A stretch of DNA of 64,000 nucleotides from Podarcis vaucheri. Its lineage: Eukaryota. This document shows positions 46,498 to 61,400 of the stretch, in pieces. Position numbers and translations under genes: made by a program. The notes under the pieces are model-generated. The model saw only the letters and a program-made list of their open reading frames with translations. It did not search any database and was not told the origin of the DNA. The stretch's first letter is position 1; each line of letters starts with the position of its first letter. The stretch lies in NCBI GenBank assembly GCA_965113315.1, contig OZ220367.1; one strand, 5' to 3'.

Positions 46498-49400
46498 CTA
46501 AGGAGATAAGAACAAAATGTTTTAAATATAAAGCTGTACATTTTTCTGTAGCTGGTCAATAAAAAAAGCAAACTTAATTGTGAGAATATGAATTTCCCTT
46601 CAATGGAGGCTTATCGTTTCCAGCAGAGAAGAGGCAGCTGTATCCTGGGCAAGAGTTTTAGCAGTCAGAGCTGAGCTGGAAATAGCACATGTGTGTCTTT
46701 GGGAGGGGTGGGGGAAATGTGAAGACTGGTTGGATATGGGAATCCAAAACGTGCTAAAGTACCCTGCCTTTGACTAAAAAGGACTTCCTACTGAAGTGGC
46801 TGAAATTTTAAAATTTCAGCTGATGAAGTGGCTTGCAAACTCCAGCAGACACAGCTCACATGCACAACAGGTATACATTCTCTAAATATCATGTGAAAAT
46901 TTACTATTAGTAGCTCTACCCAACCTAAATGCAGTACTTTTTCAGGATAAGAAATTAACAGAGTCAACATTAGTCATCTTCCACTGAGTGCCTTCAGCAA
47001 CTTACCAATATAGAAATAAAAACAAAAACATTAATAGAAACCTTCCTCCTGTAGGAGTCCAAGGTGATTCACAAAATTTTAAAATACAACCACCACAAAA
47101 AAACAAAACTTCTAAAATTACATTTTAATACTAAAAAAAATGTAGTGCAACAGGTGATACTGAAACTGTTGGACTCCAGATTCCATTTGTGTCCCCAAAG
47201 TTCAGATGAAGGTGTCTTCAGTTGACACCTAAAGTTGCCAATGCAGGTGTCAGACACACTTTTCCAGGCAGGGAAATGCACAATTGCAGTATCAAGAAGC
47301 CCCTGCCTTGTGTTACCTCACAAGATGCCATATTGTTGGCAGGACAGTGAGCAAGGCCTCCCTCAACTGTCTCAAATCATGGGTCTGCAAGGTATTGGGA
47401 GAAGAACTCCTTTAAATACGGGGCCTCGAAGCCATTCAAGGTTTTGTATGTCAGTACCAGCACCTTGAATTGGGCCCAGGAGCTCACAGGCAAGCTGGGC
47501 AGTGCTTTAAGGATCAATTACATGTGATCCTACCTTGGTGCCCCACTTAACAATCTACCAGCTGCATTCTGCACCAGCTGTAGCTTTTGGACCATCTTCA
47601 AAGGTAGCCCATGCAGAGGGTGTTGCAACTTTAGAATTGTGAGACTGTCAGAATACGAATTACTGATGTCAGGCTGTCGCTGATCCAGGAACATCCATGG
47701 CTGGCAAACCAGCCATAGCTGGGCACAGGCACTCCTCACCTCTGAAGCCACTTGGGCCTCTAACAACAGCTTTGAATCGAGAAGAACTGCTCAAGCTGCA
47801 CACCTGTTCCTTTAGACACCTGTTCCTCCACCCAGAACAGGTCGTCTCCCTAATTCCTGGATCTGAGAAAAACTGACCCACATAGCACCTCAACCTTGCC
47901 ATGATTCAGTCTGTTTATTAAATGTACGCTTGAGATTCTGATTGCGCTAACGTTTTGCTTCATCCCACCCTCAATACCTAACTTATTAGATACACTGAGA
48001 GCTTGATTGTTGATTTCAGATTCTGAGACTCAGCCCTACCTTTGATAAACAGATTTCTGCCAGTATCAGGTAACTTTTGAAACAAGGTTTATTGTACCTA
48101 CCTAAACTTTTTGAAGCTTTATTGGTATTTTCCTGCACTCTGTTTTTTCCCTTTGCAGGAGTAGACAGCTTCTTCTCTGCTAAGGTTTGCTTCTTTGAGT
48201 CTGCTTTCTTCTTTTTCGTCGCTCTACGTGGCTCTGCTAGCATTCTTACTTCTCGTGGGAAAGCAGTAAGCACCTGGATTGCCCCAGCTTTTATCTTGGC
48301 TTCCAGACCCTCCTCTGTGCCAAATTCATCTGTTTGTGAGATTTTGTAAAGGGGCAGCACGTGCAGCTGCTCATCATTGGGTATCACCCCAACCATGCGG
48401 TTATCTTCTTTTGTTAATGTACAAACCTAGCCAGAAAAACGGGGGGGGGGGGGAGAATAATAAAGCATCACTTCTTTGTTAGTGAAGCAACTTTAGCAAA
48501 GGTGATATTTATGTTTTAGCATGCAGAATATTATTCTACTTGGGGTGCTTGTGTGAAAAATAAGGAAATTCCCCTCTCCTTCAAACATCAAGCCCACATG
48601 TCATGGTTTGAATAACATTGCACAATTTTAGAAACACTAACAGCACAATCATTCACATATCTACTCAGCTGCTTTTCACCTTTAAAAAGTTCTTCTATCT
48701 AATGACTTTCACAAGTGGGGAACCCCTGGAGCAGATTTTGGGCAGCACAGGGGAGAGAAGTTTTGTTGCACTTGCGGAAGTTGTTCTCCACATGCAATGA
48801 TTTGGTTCCCTTACCTCTATCAATCCATAAAAACTTTTTAACTTTCAACCACGGCAACTTGAAGCGCCCCTTGCAAATTACTTCAGCTTTATAAAGGGGA
48901 TTGCAACATATCCAAGAACTAGAGGTCTATTTAGGGCAGGAAGCTGATTATTTGTTTTTTCTTGCATTTGTTGCAGCTCTGAATTGCTTTTTATTTTATT
49001 GTATAAATGTGGCTTTTTTGGATAAACTTTGCAAGAATGTAAAGAAGAGCATAAACAATTAAGAACACAAGCTAGTCTAGAAATAAGGGTGCATTCACAG
49101 CTACAGAGTAACAGCCTAAGGAAGCCAAGTAGATAAATTGTAAATGAACAAGCACTTGGGAAACTGAATCCCAATAATGTTGCATACCACAGTACTTCCA
49201 TTGTGCATGTTGTGTGTATCCTTATGAGCATGAGCACAAAAATCGATGCAAGCTGTGACACCAGAAAAAGGTCGGCCATCCTTAATCCCAAGTCGACAGT
49301 CAGGACCCATGTGCTCATTTTCCACCTTTAAAAAAAAAATAAAAAAAATCATTCATTCATTCATTCATTTTGTATACCACCCTTCATCCGAAGATCACAG

Positions 49401-52400
49401 GGAGGTTCACAACATAAAAATACAAAATGGAAACACTAAATACATAATAAAACAAATTAATAACTGCCCTCCCACAAATACAAATAAATCTTATCTGGAC
49501 ATAACATTGTATCTCACCAAACACCACCAGCTTCAGGGACAATTTTTCATTTGAAGTGAACAACTGGACTGAGAACAGATAAACCCAATTTACATGCCAT
49601 GGAATACCAAAGGTCACATAAGCATGAGATCACTCCTTTTTTGCCCCTTTCTTTAGCCATCAGGAATTAAAAACCACAATTCCTGACTTAGCATTACTTC
49701 CAAACTAGGGGTTGTGGTTTGTTTTGCTCCAACAAAACAAAACTTGCACACTCCAAGAATGAACCTTGTGTTCACAACGTGGTTTGATTGGAGCAGAACA
49801 AACCATAACTCCCAAGGATTATGGTTTGTTGCTCTAACCCACTAGAGGAGAGGACTACAGTAAGAACCATTTGCACACTCATGGTAAACCATTAACCATG
49901 GCTAACTTGTTAGTAATTTACCATGACATGCCAACACTGTTATTGTTATGCATTGCTAAATATGAAAGAAAATACATGACTTATTTGATGCGAATTGTGC
50001 TAAAAATCCTTAGATCTACAATCTAATTAAAACAACATCTGCCAGAATTTATTGATCTACCAAACTTCATGCAATACACTGATCGGCAATGAGGATGAAT
50101 AATATAACAATTAGTTTTTTGACCCTGTTAGTAAGCAGGGGACACAGCAGCAGGAATTTGAAAGCTGTAACACCAGCAGTGCTTTTCTTTCTAGAAGAGA
50201 GTCCTACAGTGTTTAATGAGACATACTTCCAGTTAAGTGTGCATAGGATCACAGCCTAGCTGTTCTTTCAGCTAGGCCAGTTAAGGTAACGAAAGGCCTT
50301 CAACTAACTTGTGCAGCTTTTCTTTCTACATCACCAGTATTAAAACAATGATTTGTCATAATAGAGATAATGGAGTTTCCTTGATTTTACCTGGTTTTGA
50401 AAAGCATCAGGGGCTAGTTTCTGATACAGTGGAGCAACATCAGTGGCTAAAGTTTGCAAATTGTTTTCGAGATGTTCTTCCTAGACAGGGAAAGGAGTCA
50501 TCACATCATTTTATAGCTTGAGAAGCAGACTAGTAAAACTGTGAAAGCAACATCAAACGTAGATTCAGTACGCTATTTAGTCAGCTTCCTGTGGTTTTGG
50601 TTACTAACCCACATGTAAGTTTGCTATCATAATGGCAAAACATAGCAACATTCTTGAGAGTTGCTCAAAGGAAGGGAAAAGCAGTCAGCAAATTAATTGC
50701 TTGGCACTAAAAGAAGTTCACAAAAGATCCCAAGTTCACTTTCCATTTCCAAGAGAAAGATCTAATGGAGGTGTTGGGAGGGAGTTCACGTTGGCATTAA
50801 AATACAAACATATATTTCTTCTTCAAAGCAAGTACCATGTTTGGAAACCTGCTACATAATAATGAAAGTGTTTCTATGATGCTTTAGAGTGTTCCAAGCA
50901 TTTCACACACAACAGACTAGTTCACATGTCAAATTGTGCCAAACCATGGCTGCACCATACTGACCTAAGCCACAGTGTGGCTTTGGGTGTTGTCTAAACC
51001 AGCTTCACTGTTTAGCTCTCTTCAGACTAATAACAAGCTGTAACCAAGATTTGTTGTCTGGTTTACAATTTGTAAACCATGGACCCAGGTTCATGCTAAG
51101 CTAAACTATGACATAGCTCAACAAAGCACATAAGCAAAATAACCTGAGAAGAGCAAAGCAGCCCATGACTTCACTCTAAGCCATGGTCTGGTTTTGCAAA
51201 CCAGACTATTATTTCAGTAATACTTACAACTGTCCTGTAAAGTAGGTCATAATTATAATCATCCTAATGTTGCAGATGGGAGCAAAGTGATTCAAATTAA
51301 GAGACAGCAGGATACATAAGGCCGCCTACTGAGTTAATAGGAGAGGTAAGTATGAGAACTCTCTGGGTGGATTTTGGTGATGCTTTAACACAATCATTGC
51401 AGCAGAAATGCTTGCCAAAGGGAAGGATCTCCCTCTCCTCTCCCTGCACCCTGTTCTCACGGTTTGCCCAGCACTCCCAAGCAGATTTGGGGAGGGCGTG
51501 GGAGTGCATGGGGGAGGAGACAAGGAGACAGTCCTGTTGTGCTAGTGGGACTTGTGCTGCTTTCCATTAATGCAACCACTTAGCTGAATCCTGCCCTCTG
51601 GCTCACAGCCAAGGCTATGGGGAGAGAGGGAAAGAAGTGAAAAAGCAAACACACAAAATAAGAAACCATTTTGTTTTAAATTAAAACATTACATTTGCTT
51701 AAAGAAAATTCACTTAGACCTATGCTAATATGGCAAGCACATCGGTTTGACCAAACAACTATTGTTACATTTCTCTGAGCACATAGTGGATATCCTTTCG
51801 TTTCTCCTTCCCCACCCCCCAAAAGTTTTTTGTCTACTATCATCAGTCATTCAGCAATCCCTGAACACTGAGCATGCTTAGCTCTCACTGGAGTCTCCCT
51901 CATTCCTTCCCTAGTTTTTTACCCTCCCTATAATTTTTTATACGTCGGCAAATCTCAACTTGCAGACTTCTCCAAAACCTTGTTGTGACATTCTGGCTAC
52001 ATTAATCTATGGCCTGGACACTGAAAACAGAAGGCATGATGATGAATGGCGAGTGCCTTCTCTGTCTTAATTGAATAGTACAGAATGCTCATTGCAATCA
52101 CATTTTCCCAAGTTGACACACTTTTACGACTTTATTTAGGTTTTGCTAGTCTTGTAGTGGCTCAGTAGTTGAAGCAACATACTTATTTGCAAGACGCTCA
52201 GCATGACACTGTGATCCAGTGCGATGGCAATCTCACTCTCTTCTGTGACATGGGGGAAACCACGCATATACCCCAAGGGATTCCTCTTTGCACCCGTGGC
52301 TTATTCCCAGATGACACTCCTCGTGCACATGACACCCTCAACTGATGCCCATGTTGCACAAGCATTAAGACGGCATCTGATGAAGTAAGACTAATGCAGG

Positions 52401-55400
52401 AAAGCTCAAGCCATAATAAGGGTGTTAATGTTTAAAAATGCTTCAAAACTCTTTGCTGTTTTTGTTGTTGTTACAGCAAAAAAAAACCCACAAAAAACCC
52501 CTGAAGAAATCAAATCTGGTCGCTCTTACACGCATGCACAATACCATGAACACACACAAAAATGTTGCTATCTACCCAATATTTCTCTTTGACTGCATTC
52601 TAGCCGACAGAGATATCTGGCTTTATAAATCTATGCTACGTGCTATTCTTACCTAAAAGAACAATCTTACACTTCTTTACATTAAACCTCATCTCACTCC
52701 GTCCAGTTGCTCAAATGATCCATATCTGTCTGTACTTTGAATCTATCTTCTTCTGCTTTTGCATTGCTATACTTCCTAGATTTATGTCATCTGCAAAATG
52801 ATCAATATTCAGTATTTAGCTAAAATAACACCTAATAAAAACAGTGACAGAAACAGAAAACAGATTTATAAAGTGATCTATCTTTTTCATCCTTAACATA
52901 AGAACTATATGATTTAGCACTTGCTTCAGCAGCACATAAGTATTTGAAAACGTCTCATCCCACACCAGCCTGCTTGTTCATTAAGAATTGCACAGGAGTC
53001 CCTATTGTGGCCCTCTTGCCAAAGGCGATTCACAGTGCAGGGACACAGGGGAGGGTTTTCTCTGTGATAGCCCCAAAAACTTGTAACAGTCTCTTCTCTG
53101 AGGTGCATTATTCCCCTACACAGTTTTCATTTAGATGACTGGCAAAAACACACCTGCAGACCCATGATTTTGGAAGAGATGAATAACTAGCACAAGGAGA
53201 AGGTTTTCACTGTACTTTCAACTTTTCCTGTCATTATTGTATTTTACAATGGGTTTCAGTTTGTTTATAGCTATATATGGCTTTAACGGTTTTTTAATGT
53301 TGAATGCTTTCAATGTTTACTGTGTGCCACTCTGGGGCACTCAGATACAGGAAAATACTGGGAAAAATTAAAATAAACCAAAACCACACACTATCAGCAT
53401 GCCCCCTATGCTAGCATGAAGTATTCCAACTTTTTTAAAAATTGGGACTATGGGAAATAAAAACTAAACAGTGGCTGAAATAACTGTTATTTAAACTGAC
53501 ACCTTGAAGATGTTTGAGGGTGTTCAATTTCTATCTGGGAGGGCACATACATAAACTACAGTCAGCTATGGGCTATTGGAGGCATGAAAGGATGGCAATG
53601 GTGAAGGAGCCAGCAAGTTAACTGCAAACAAATGGGGGGGGGGGAAATGTCAAGAAAGATCTTGGTGTACTGTAAACCAATAATGTATGAGTGCTTTGGC
53701 ACAAACAGCACTGTCGTGGTGCTCAGTCTTCACACAGAATCTATGTAGTAGGGATAGAGAGGGGGAAATGAGGAGATTACATTAGGTATCATGCTACCTT
53801 GAATGCTTATAAATGCATATGCCCAAGTGATCCAATTAGCAAAAAACCCTGCACCCTTTTTGCTTTTAGTTCCTAAAAAGTAAAATTAGAAATTATTTTG
53901 AGAAAGGCAGGGAGGACACTTACTTGTTTGTGATCATCAGTGAGAAGTCTAAATTTCCTGGGGGCTTTGCTTCTGGCAAACTTACAGCCATTATAATACA
54001 TACTCCATGAACAGCCAAATGAGAAGGATGCTCCACATGTCTCTGGATCAAGGCCTTGACAGGCGCAGGTACGACTGTGGAAGATTTAAACAAGTGGCAA
54101 TCAGCCAGCAGTGCAGCAAGCTTCTATAAATGCATACCCCCAAACATCTCTGAACAGAACAATGGAAAAACACACATGTCATAGTTCATCAGCGGTTTTT
54201 GATATTGACCAATTTGGGTATAAATGTTACTTTTCCATTACTGTGTATAAGAGAGTTCCTAGTCAATTGACCTTCTAATGGGATATACTAAGTTTATAAT
54301 TTAAGCTATTTAGAGAAAGATATCATGCTTGATAGGTTTGGTTGTGATTCCTTCACAGCATCAGAAGCAGCACAACAAGATGTGGCTCAAGTAAATTAAA
54401 ATGAAGGGAAACACCACACCTGTCGTCTTGTAATTTCTTTTTTTGCCAGAGATGGAAACAGGAGGAGCAGAAAGCTCATTTTGGTCCTCCCACACTATAC
54501 TCAAATTGGCAATTAAAAGTTGGCTACATCCTACTCAACTACAAAATCACACTTTTTCAAGTTTTATGTACTAGGGCTATAATCTGAAATCTTAAAAAGA
54601 CTAATTACAAGTCACAGAAGTAAATTCTGTGGGAGAATTAAAACTTTCATGCATCAAAATATCAGTGTTCTGGAGTGCACTCACTCTTCGTTTAGTGCAC
54701 ATCTTCGGCTAGTTGGACAGCCATATTTTCTGAGGCTCTGGGTCAGTTCCTTGTATAGAGTGTCAGCCAGAAGATGAGGAATCCCCTCCCAAGCCAAAAT
54801 AAGTATCACAATGACGGCATTTTGGCAGTGATGTCCTGCACGCTGTCGAACCAAGCAGAGCAGTTTTTCTTCATCACTACTTCTTCGTATCACCTGAAAA
54901 ACAGGTTGAGTTGTTTGTAGATCAAACAGAAAGGATCTAAGGCACTGATGCCAGTTATTTGTTTGCAGACACCCTGCTGTCGGATTTCTTCTAAAGATCC
55001 TGTGCTGACCCTGTGTTGGATTTCTTCTAAAGACTGCATATTGCTACCAACCCTTATTTACCAGAATTTTGTTTTATTGGTGTCTTCACCACTCTCTAAG
55101 TTAGTCACATCTGGAGGGTTATTTGTTACCCATGCCTGCCTCAAGGCATACCAGAACTCCATGTCCTTCTCTTCATGGCTCATGTACAGAGATACATATG
55201 TGCTAAAGTGAAGAGGGTAAAGTCAGGTCCTACAGAGCTTCCTCCAATCATGAGCACAGCATCAGACAGGAAAAAGGATTGTACCCCAAATTGAGTGTTC
55301 ATTTTGCAGAGATGATGGATTAGATTAATAGGATTAACTGGTTTGCACTGTGTTACATGTTTGAAAGCTTACAGATTCTTTTAAATTGGTAGGCAAAACA

Positions 55401-58400
55401 GTAAAATAATTATTACTAATCTAAACCCACCAGCGTTGTCGTCCCAATACATCAACTCTAACCAGGTTACAAAACCACAGTTGGAGATGAATTAACAAAC
55501 TCCATAGTTAGTGTCAGTACAGCAGTTAAAGCTGGAAAGACAAGGCAGAATTTGCAACAAAGTGGAGAAAGGGGAGAAAAGAGCACAGAAACCCATTCCT
55601 TGTTCAGTGACTGGACATGTAACATTGGCACTTTGGCCTATAAAAAAAATTATTGATGGTAACATTAAATTTACACACTTACTCAATTCTTCTTTGATAA
55701 CAGTACCAGTAATGGAGGAGCACGCAAAGCATATGCAAGTCTGGATCTTAGGAGGTTACAGACCATAAAATGCAGAGATACCTACTCACAGGCACGTTAT
55801 GTCACAAATGTGAATGAAATGAAGCAGATGAGACAGAAGGATGTCAAAAGAGGGCTTCTGCTGCCTATACCTCCCCTCCCACTCAGCTGAGTGCCATTGA
55901 GAACAGCTGTGGTGCATCCCCAGTGGTAGGCTCCTAAACTGTTTCTAGCGCTAATAAGCTGGGCAGTGGGCCTACAGGCCACACATGAAAGTCAGCTAAG
56001 GACCCAAAGTGGCTTACCAATTTCCCAAATGTGATTTACACCCCCACATTTTAGCAGTTACTTATGACCCTGGAACAAAGGCATTCCCAGCTCATTTGTC
56101 TTAGAAACAACCTCCTATGCTATTTATTCCTTTGTAAAAGTACAACCTTGAAGTACTAAACAGAGATGGTCAGCACAAATAGATTCACAACCAATTTTAG
56201 CAAAGTAGCAGGTTCTGTATTCAACTCTACTAGCAGCAGGTTACGTAGCAATTATTCAATGTAAGATATCAGATTTAAACTGCTAAAATACACCAGAAGC
56301 CTTACGATCCAGTCTCTCACTGAGTTGTATTCCACAATGCCATTTTTTTGACCAACACAGACTCTGTACTTTTAATAACTGCAGAAATTCAATGTGAGCA
56401 GGTTTTCAAATCATTGCACATATTTGACAGCAAAAAGGCATAGCAATGAAATTTCTGCATGCCATGCAACTGTTGTAGGTTCTGTCAGGGGAGGAGGCAC
56501 CCCTAAATTCAACATGTCTCCTCCAAATACATTTCATTCTACTTAAAGTATTTTTGTTAAAACATTTGACGTTTCCAAATACCCAAGATTCCCAAACCAC
56601 CTGGGGCAATTCTGAATCACACTTTTAAAGACACTTATGATCCTTTCTGGGCAGTGTGAAAATCTAAGGCCTATTGGAGAACAAACAACTATAATTCACT
56701 GTGGATTGCTTACTTGTAGGGCTGTACCTTTTAATTGGTTTAAATGTTGGATTGAGCCAGCTGTAGCTTAGCTGTTAGTAGAACTATGAGATAAGTGCAT
56801 TTATTTATGTATTTATGGCTTTGCTAAAAGAATTTTATTTTTTGCTTGATGCTATGACTGGGAATGAAAAAGTATTACAACAGGTCTACCAAGTCTACTA
56901 CTCTTTTTTTTTACTGAATTTTACAGAAGGCATGCCAGAATTGTAACTTCACATCTTCAGTAATGAAATCAAAATGAATTTACCCTCAAAGTTCTCTTAA
57001 AATGGTCTCTCAATATTATACATCCCTCAATACTTAAAATGAAACCAGTGCTGATTTTCATAATATCACTAAGTCTATAAAAATAGTGGTATGATTGATT
57101 ATTCTTGAAAATTTCAATGATGATAACAACAACAACAACAAAAACAATAAGAAGAATAAACCTTTATTGTCACCACACCACCTGTGTGCAGTGAAATTAA
57201 ACTAATTTCTCAGAATTTCTATTATCACCATCACATTACAGTGGTACCTCAGTTTAAGAACAGATCTGTTTAAGAACGATTCAGTTTACGAACTCCGCAA
57301 AACCAGAAATAGTGTCCCGGTTTGAGAACTTTACCTTGGTTTAAGAATGGAATCCGAATGGTGGAAGGGCACCGGCGGCAGGAGACCTCATTAGGGAAAG
57401 TGTGCCTCAGTTTAATAACGGTTTTGGTTTAAGAACGGACTTCTGGAATGGATTAAGTTCGTAAACTGAGGTACCACTGTATACTGGAATTCGCAGTACT
57501 GCCTACTATCCCAGTAACCACAATGTTCTGCAAACTTCCTGGGTAGAACAGTTGTGGAGCTGTATTGACATAAGGTTTTTATTTTTGAATTTCACCCTAC
57601 TGTAAATCAACAACATTCAAACTTCAACATGTGACTGCAGATTAGGTTATTCATCCTTTTTATAAAAAAAGTTTATATCCTGCCTTTCTTCCATGGGACT
57701 CAAGGTTACCTACAAAATTCCCAAGCAGTGTACCATCCAAGCACCAGCCAAACTGAGATCAGTTTAGCTTCAGACTGTCTCTATATGCAACATGCCTATA
57801 CTGCTCACCTTTACAGACATACAGTTACTCACAAACTCATGCAAAAAGTTAAACGTACGTCCCATTCTTAGGAATCATTCTTGGTAACTTAATTGTTTCA
57901 AATCATGATGTTGAACAAATCCACTTACATCTTCAAGCAAATGAGAATTTTTATTTGGAACCACAAGCAACAGAATAACTCAACACATTCAAAGCACTAT
58001 CTTTCTCCTTATTAAAAACATCAAATGCAGAGGATCATGAAAGTATACGATCTCCCCCTCAACTAAAGTTTGAAATGGTACAGTACAGGAAGCACTGAAC
58101 CATGTGCTACTTCTGCATTTTTAATTGGCCTTTTAGATTGTCTGCTTTTCTGCTAAATTACATGCTAGAGAACCTGCTGTAGCCTGAATTTATCTCAAGG
58201 ATGTTCTCCTTTTCCACTTTTCCTACACACTGGGGACTCCTGAATATGAAATGAGCAGGTAATAGATGGCATTTCAACATACTTCAAACTTGAAATACCT
58301 TCCCACTATGTTGGTGTTTCATAATGGCATATAATCAGAAGTCATTATGCAGGAGTACTTTTAGGATCTTGCATGATCAAATATTCTAGAGATACTTAAA

Positions 58401-61400
58401 TCTTCCAATGTTATTGACTTGTATATGTAAAAGACTATTCCTTAAATAAATTATTAAAAATATCCGTTTTTACAAAACCACATACCCCAATGTCTAGAAT
58501 GCACTTATAAAAGTTAATGCCATGGGCAAGCATACTTCCTGCAGCAGTTTTAACTGCTTGGGTTCTACTTACTTGAAATATCTCTTTTAGATTGCTGAAG
58601 CAACTGTCTCAACCCTTGGCAGGAGCTCTGGAATAAGGAATAAGTTCTCTGTGAATATATATTACTTGATGTAGACTGTCCCTTCAACATCAGCCAACTA
58701 ACTAATATGAACGTGCATGGGTTCACACACATATAAATGATAGAATGAATTGCACTAATGTGGAATCCAGACATAAGGTAAAATAGCTTCTCTCTACGGC
58801 AGTATAGATTAGGGCAGTTAATTCCAAAATGGAACATCCTGCAGATAAGATTCCATCTGCCTGCAGTGACAGACAGCAACTCTAAGAAAGACTGCAGAGC
58901 AGTGGCTTACAATGTGTACAAGACAAATGGAACCCAGAAAAAAGACTCCAGTCAATAAAACACTTGAAAACATATCAGTTTATAACAGCCTGGTTCGCAC
59001 AAAACATTAAGCCACGGTTTGTTTGAATATCTGGACTCAGCCCAGCAGTCTAACCATGGTTTGCTTTCGGCCAGCAAACTACAATATGAAGCTGTGGCTT
59101 GTTATTGGCTTAAAAATCATGTCTGGTTTTAGCATTATGCTTGAACACAACCATGGAAGGCAAGAAACCAAGGGACAAGGCAAGAGGAAGCAAACCAAGG
59201 TTGGGAGAAACAAGTCATGGCTTAGCATTATGTGCAAATACACCAAGTGTGTCATCCGCCAGTATAAAAAGCAACAATGCGGCAAAAACTAAATAGGAAT
59301 TGAGGTATGCATTAACCAGCCCCAGGAGAAGAATGTAAATTGTGGCAATTTATTTGAACTCTGACACATTGCTCAAACCTTCATGTAGCAAGATCTCTAA
59401 CCTATTATTCTTCCATCACCAAAGATGCAACCATGGATTTAAATTTTCTGGATGTCTGGTCCAATCACTACTGAAAGATTGTGACATGTAGATATAACAC
59501 AGGTAAGAACAGTAAGCTCTAAATGAAATGGCACAGTGTAGATATGCAAAGTCAAGTCTCTGCTGGTCTGATATGCACAACACTTTAAACCACAATTACA
59601 CTAAACTGTGATTTTAAGGTGAACATGAAGCATACATGTCTCTTCTATCCTGCTCTTATTGCTGCCAGGAGCTAGGTCGCCATGGTCTGGCTAAGTGTTA
59701 CCTCTGAACTTGAGCTTGTGATTCATTTCCTCCAAACAAGCTCAGCTCCCAACAGGGGTGGAAAACAAGCAAAATGCCCATGGTTTCAGTAAGGTGCAGT
59801 CGCATCCTGCCTGTTACTCTTGAAACCATAGTTTAGTTTAACTACGGTTTAAAGGATGTGAAAATGAGACCACTGTCTAGAATGCAGGAAAGTGCTGAGC
59901 ACTTCAGCTTTTTTAAAAGATCCTAACTGCAGCTTTGTTTTCTCTCTTAATTGTACCCTGTAGCTTCTTCAGTGCATTATAATCCTTATCACACCAAGAT
60001 GACATTTAAGAGACCAGTCAGATATAGACTGCAGAAAGGACCTTGTGGTTCTATTGAACAAGGGTCTATTGAATAAAAACACTGATCTTCCACACTTTCT
60101 TTACAGCGTTAAATTTTATAATTTAAAATTTCGACAGTGGAACAGACTCCCTCGGAAGGTGGTGGACTTTCCTTCATTGGAGGTGTTTAAGCAGAGATAG
60201 GTCATCTGTCATGAATGCTTTAGTTGAGATTCCTGCATTGCAGGGGTTGCACTAGATGACCCTTAGGGTCCCTCCCAACTCTACAATTCTAAGGGAATTT
60301 GAAATTGGAGACAAACTATAGGAACAGCTCAAAGCCACATGACAGAAAAACAGGATGAAGCTTTTAGAAGATGGTCAAATACAGACTACCGAGGTTCATC
60401 TTGCTGCTTTAGCAGATAATTACAGATAATTTCCAAACTGTATATATTACACTATTCCCCATTCTCACTAATGTTATCTATTCTTGAGACTTTTCATTTC
60501 TGTCTTTTATAGCTTGGGACCCAAGTACCTAAATGAGCACCTCCTCCAATATCATCTATCTCAAGTCTTACAGTCAGTGGGGGAGGCCCTGTTGGTGGTG
60601 CCCGCCATCTTGGTAGTTCCTCATTTATGGAATGCTTTCCTTGGTGAGGTACATCTCCCTTCCTCATTATTAACATTCAGAAGGAATTTAAAAGCCTGCA
60701 TATTCACCCAGGCATTTGATGGCTGAAATATACTGCTTCCTGGCAACCTTGCAATTATCTAGGTGCAAGGATATCTGATTTTTTTCAAATGATTTGCATT
60801 GTTTTTAATTACAAAATCAATATAAGTGCTTAAAAGTTGGGGAGAAATGTCCCCAATAGTGTAAATACATCCTAAATCATTATAATTTCTTCTCTCTCTC
60901 ACTCCCGATATATAAAGGTAAAGGGACCCCTGACTGTTAGGTCTAGTTGAGGACGACTCTGGGGTTGCAGCACTCATCTCGCTTTACTGGCCAAGGGAGC
61001 CGGCATACAGCTTCTGGGTCATGTGGCCAGCATGACTAAGCCGCTTCTGGCAAACCAGAGCAATGCACGGAAACCCTGGTTAACTTCCCGTCGGAGCGGT
61101 ACCTATTTATCTACTTGCACTTCGTGCTTTCGAACTGTTATGTTGGCAGGAGCAGGGACCGAGCAATGGGAGCTCGCCCTGTCATGGGGATTTGAACCAC
61201 CAACCTTCTGATCGGCAAGCCCTAGGCTCTATGGTTTAACCCACAGTGCCACCCGCATCCCTCCCGATATATAGATATATGCCACTTAATACTTTTACAA
61301 TTCTTTAACTGGTGTACAGCATAAAAACAATATAATTACAACAAAAATAAAGCAGTAGTATAAAAGCATCATGGATGACTTTGTTGGATACAACCCCAAA

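Noticed and set aside
38598-61261. Inverted Sauria SINE pair forming dsRNA in TET1 pre-mRNA
   Set aside because: 22 kb apart, and the intronic copy is probably spliced out first.
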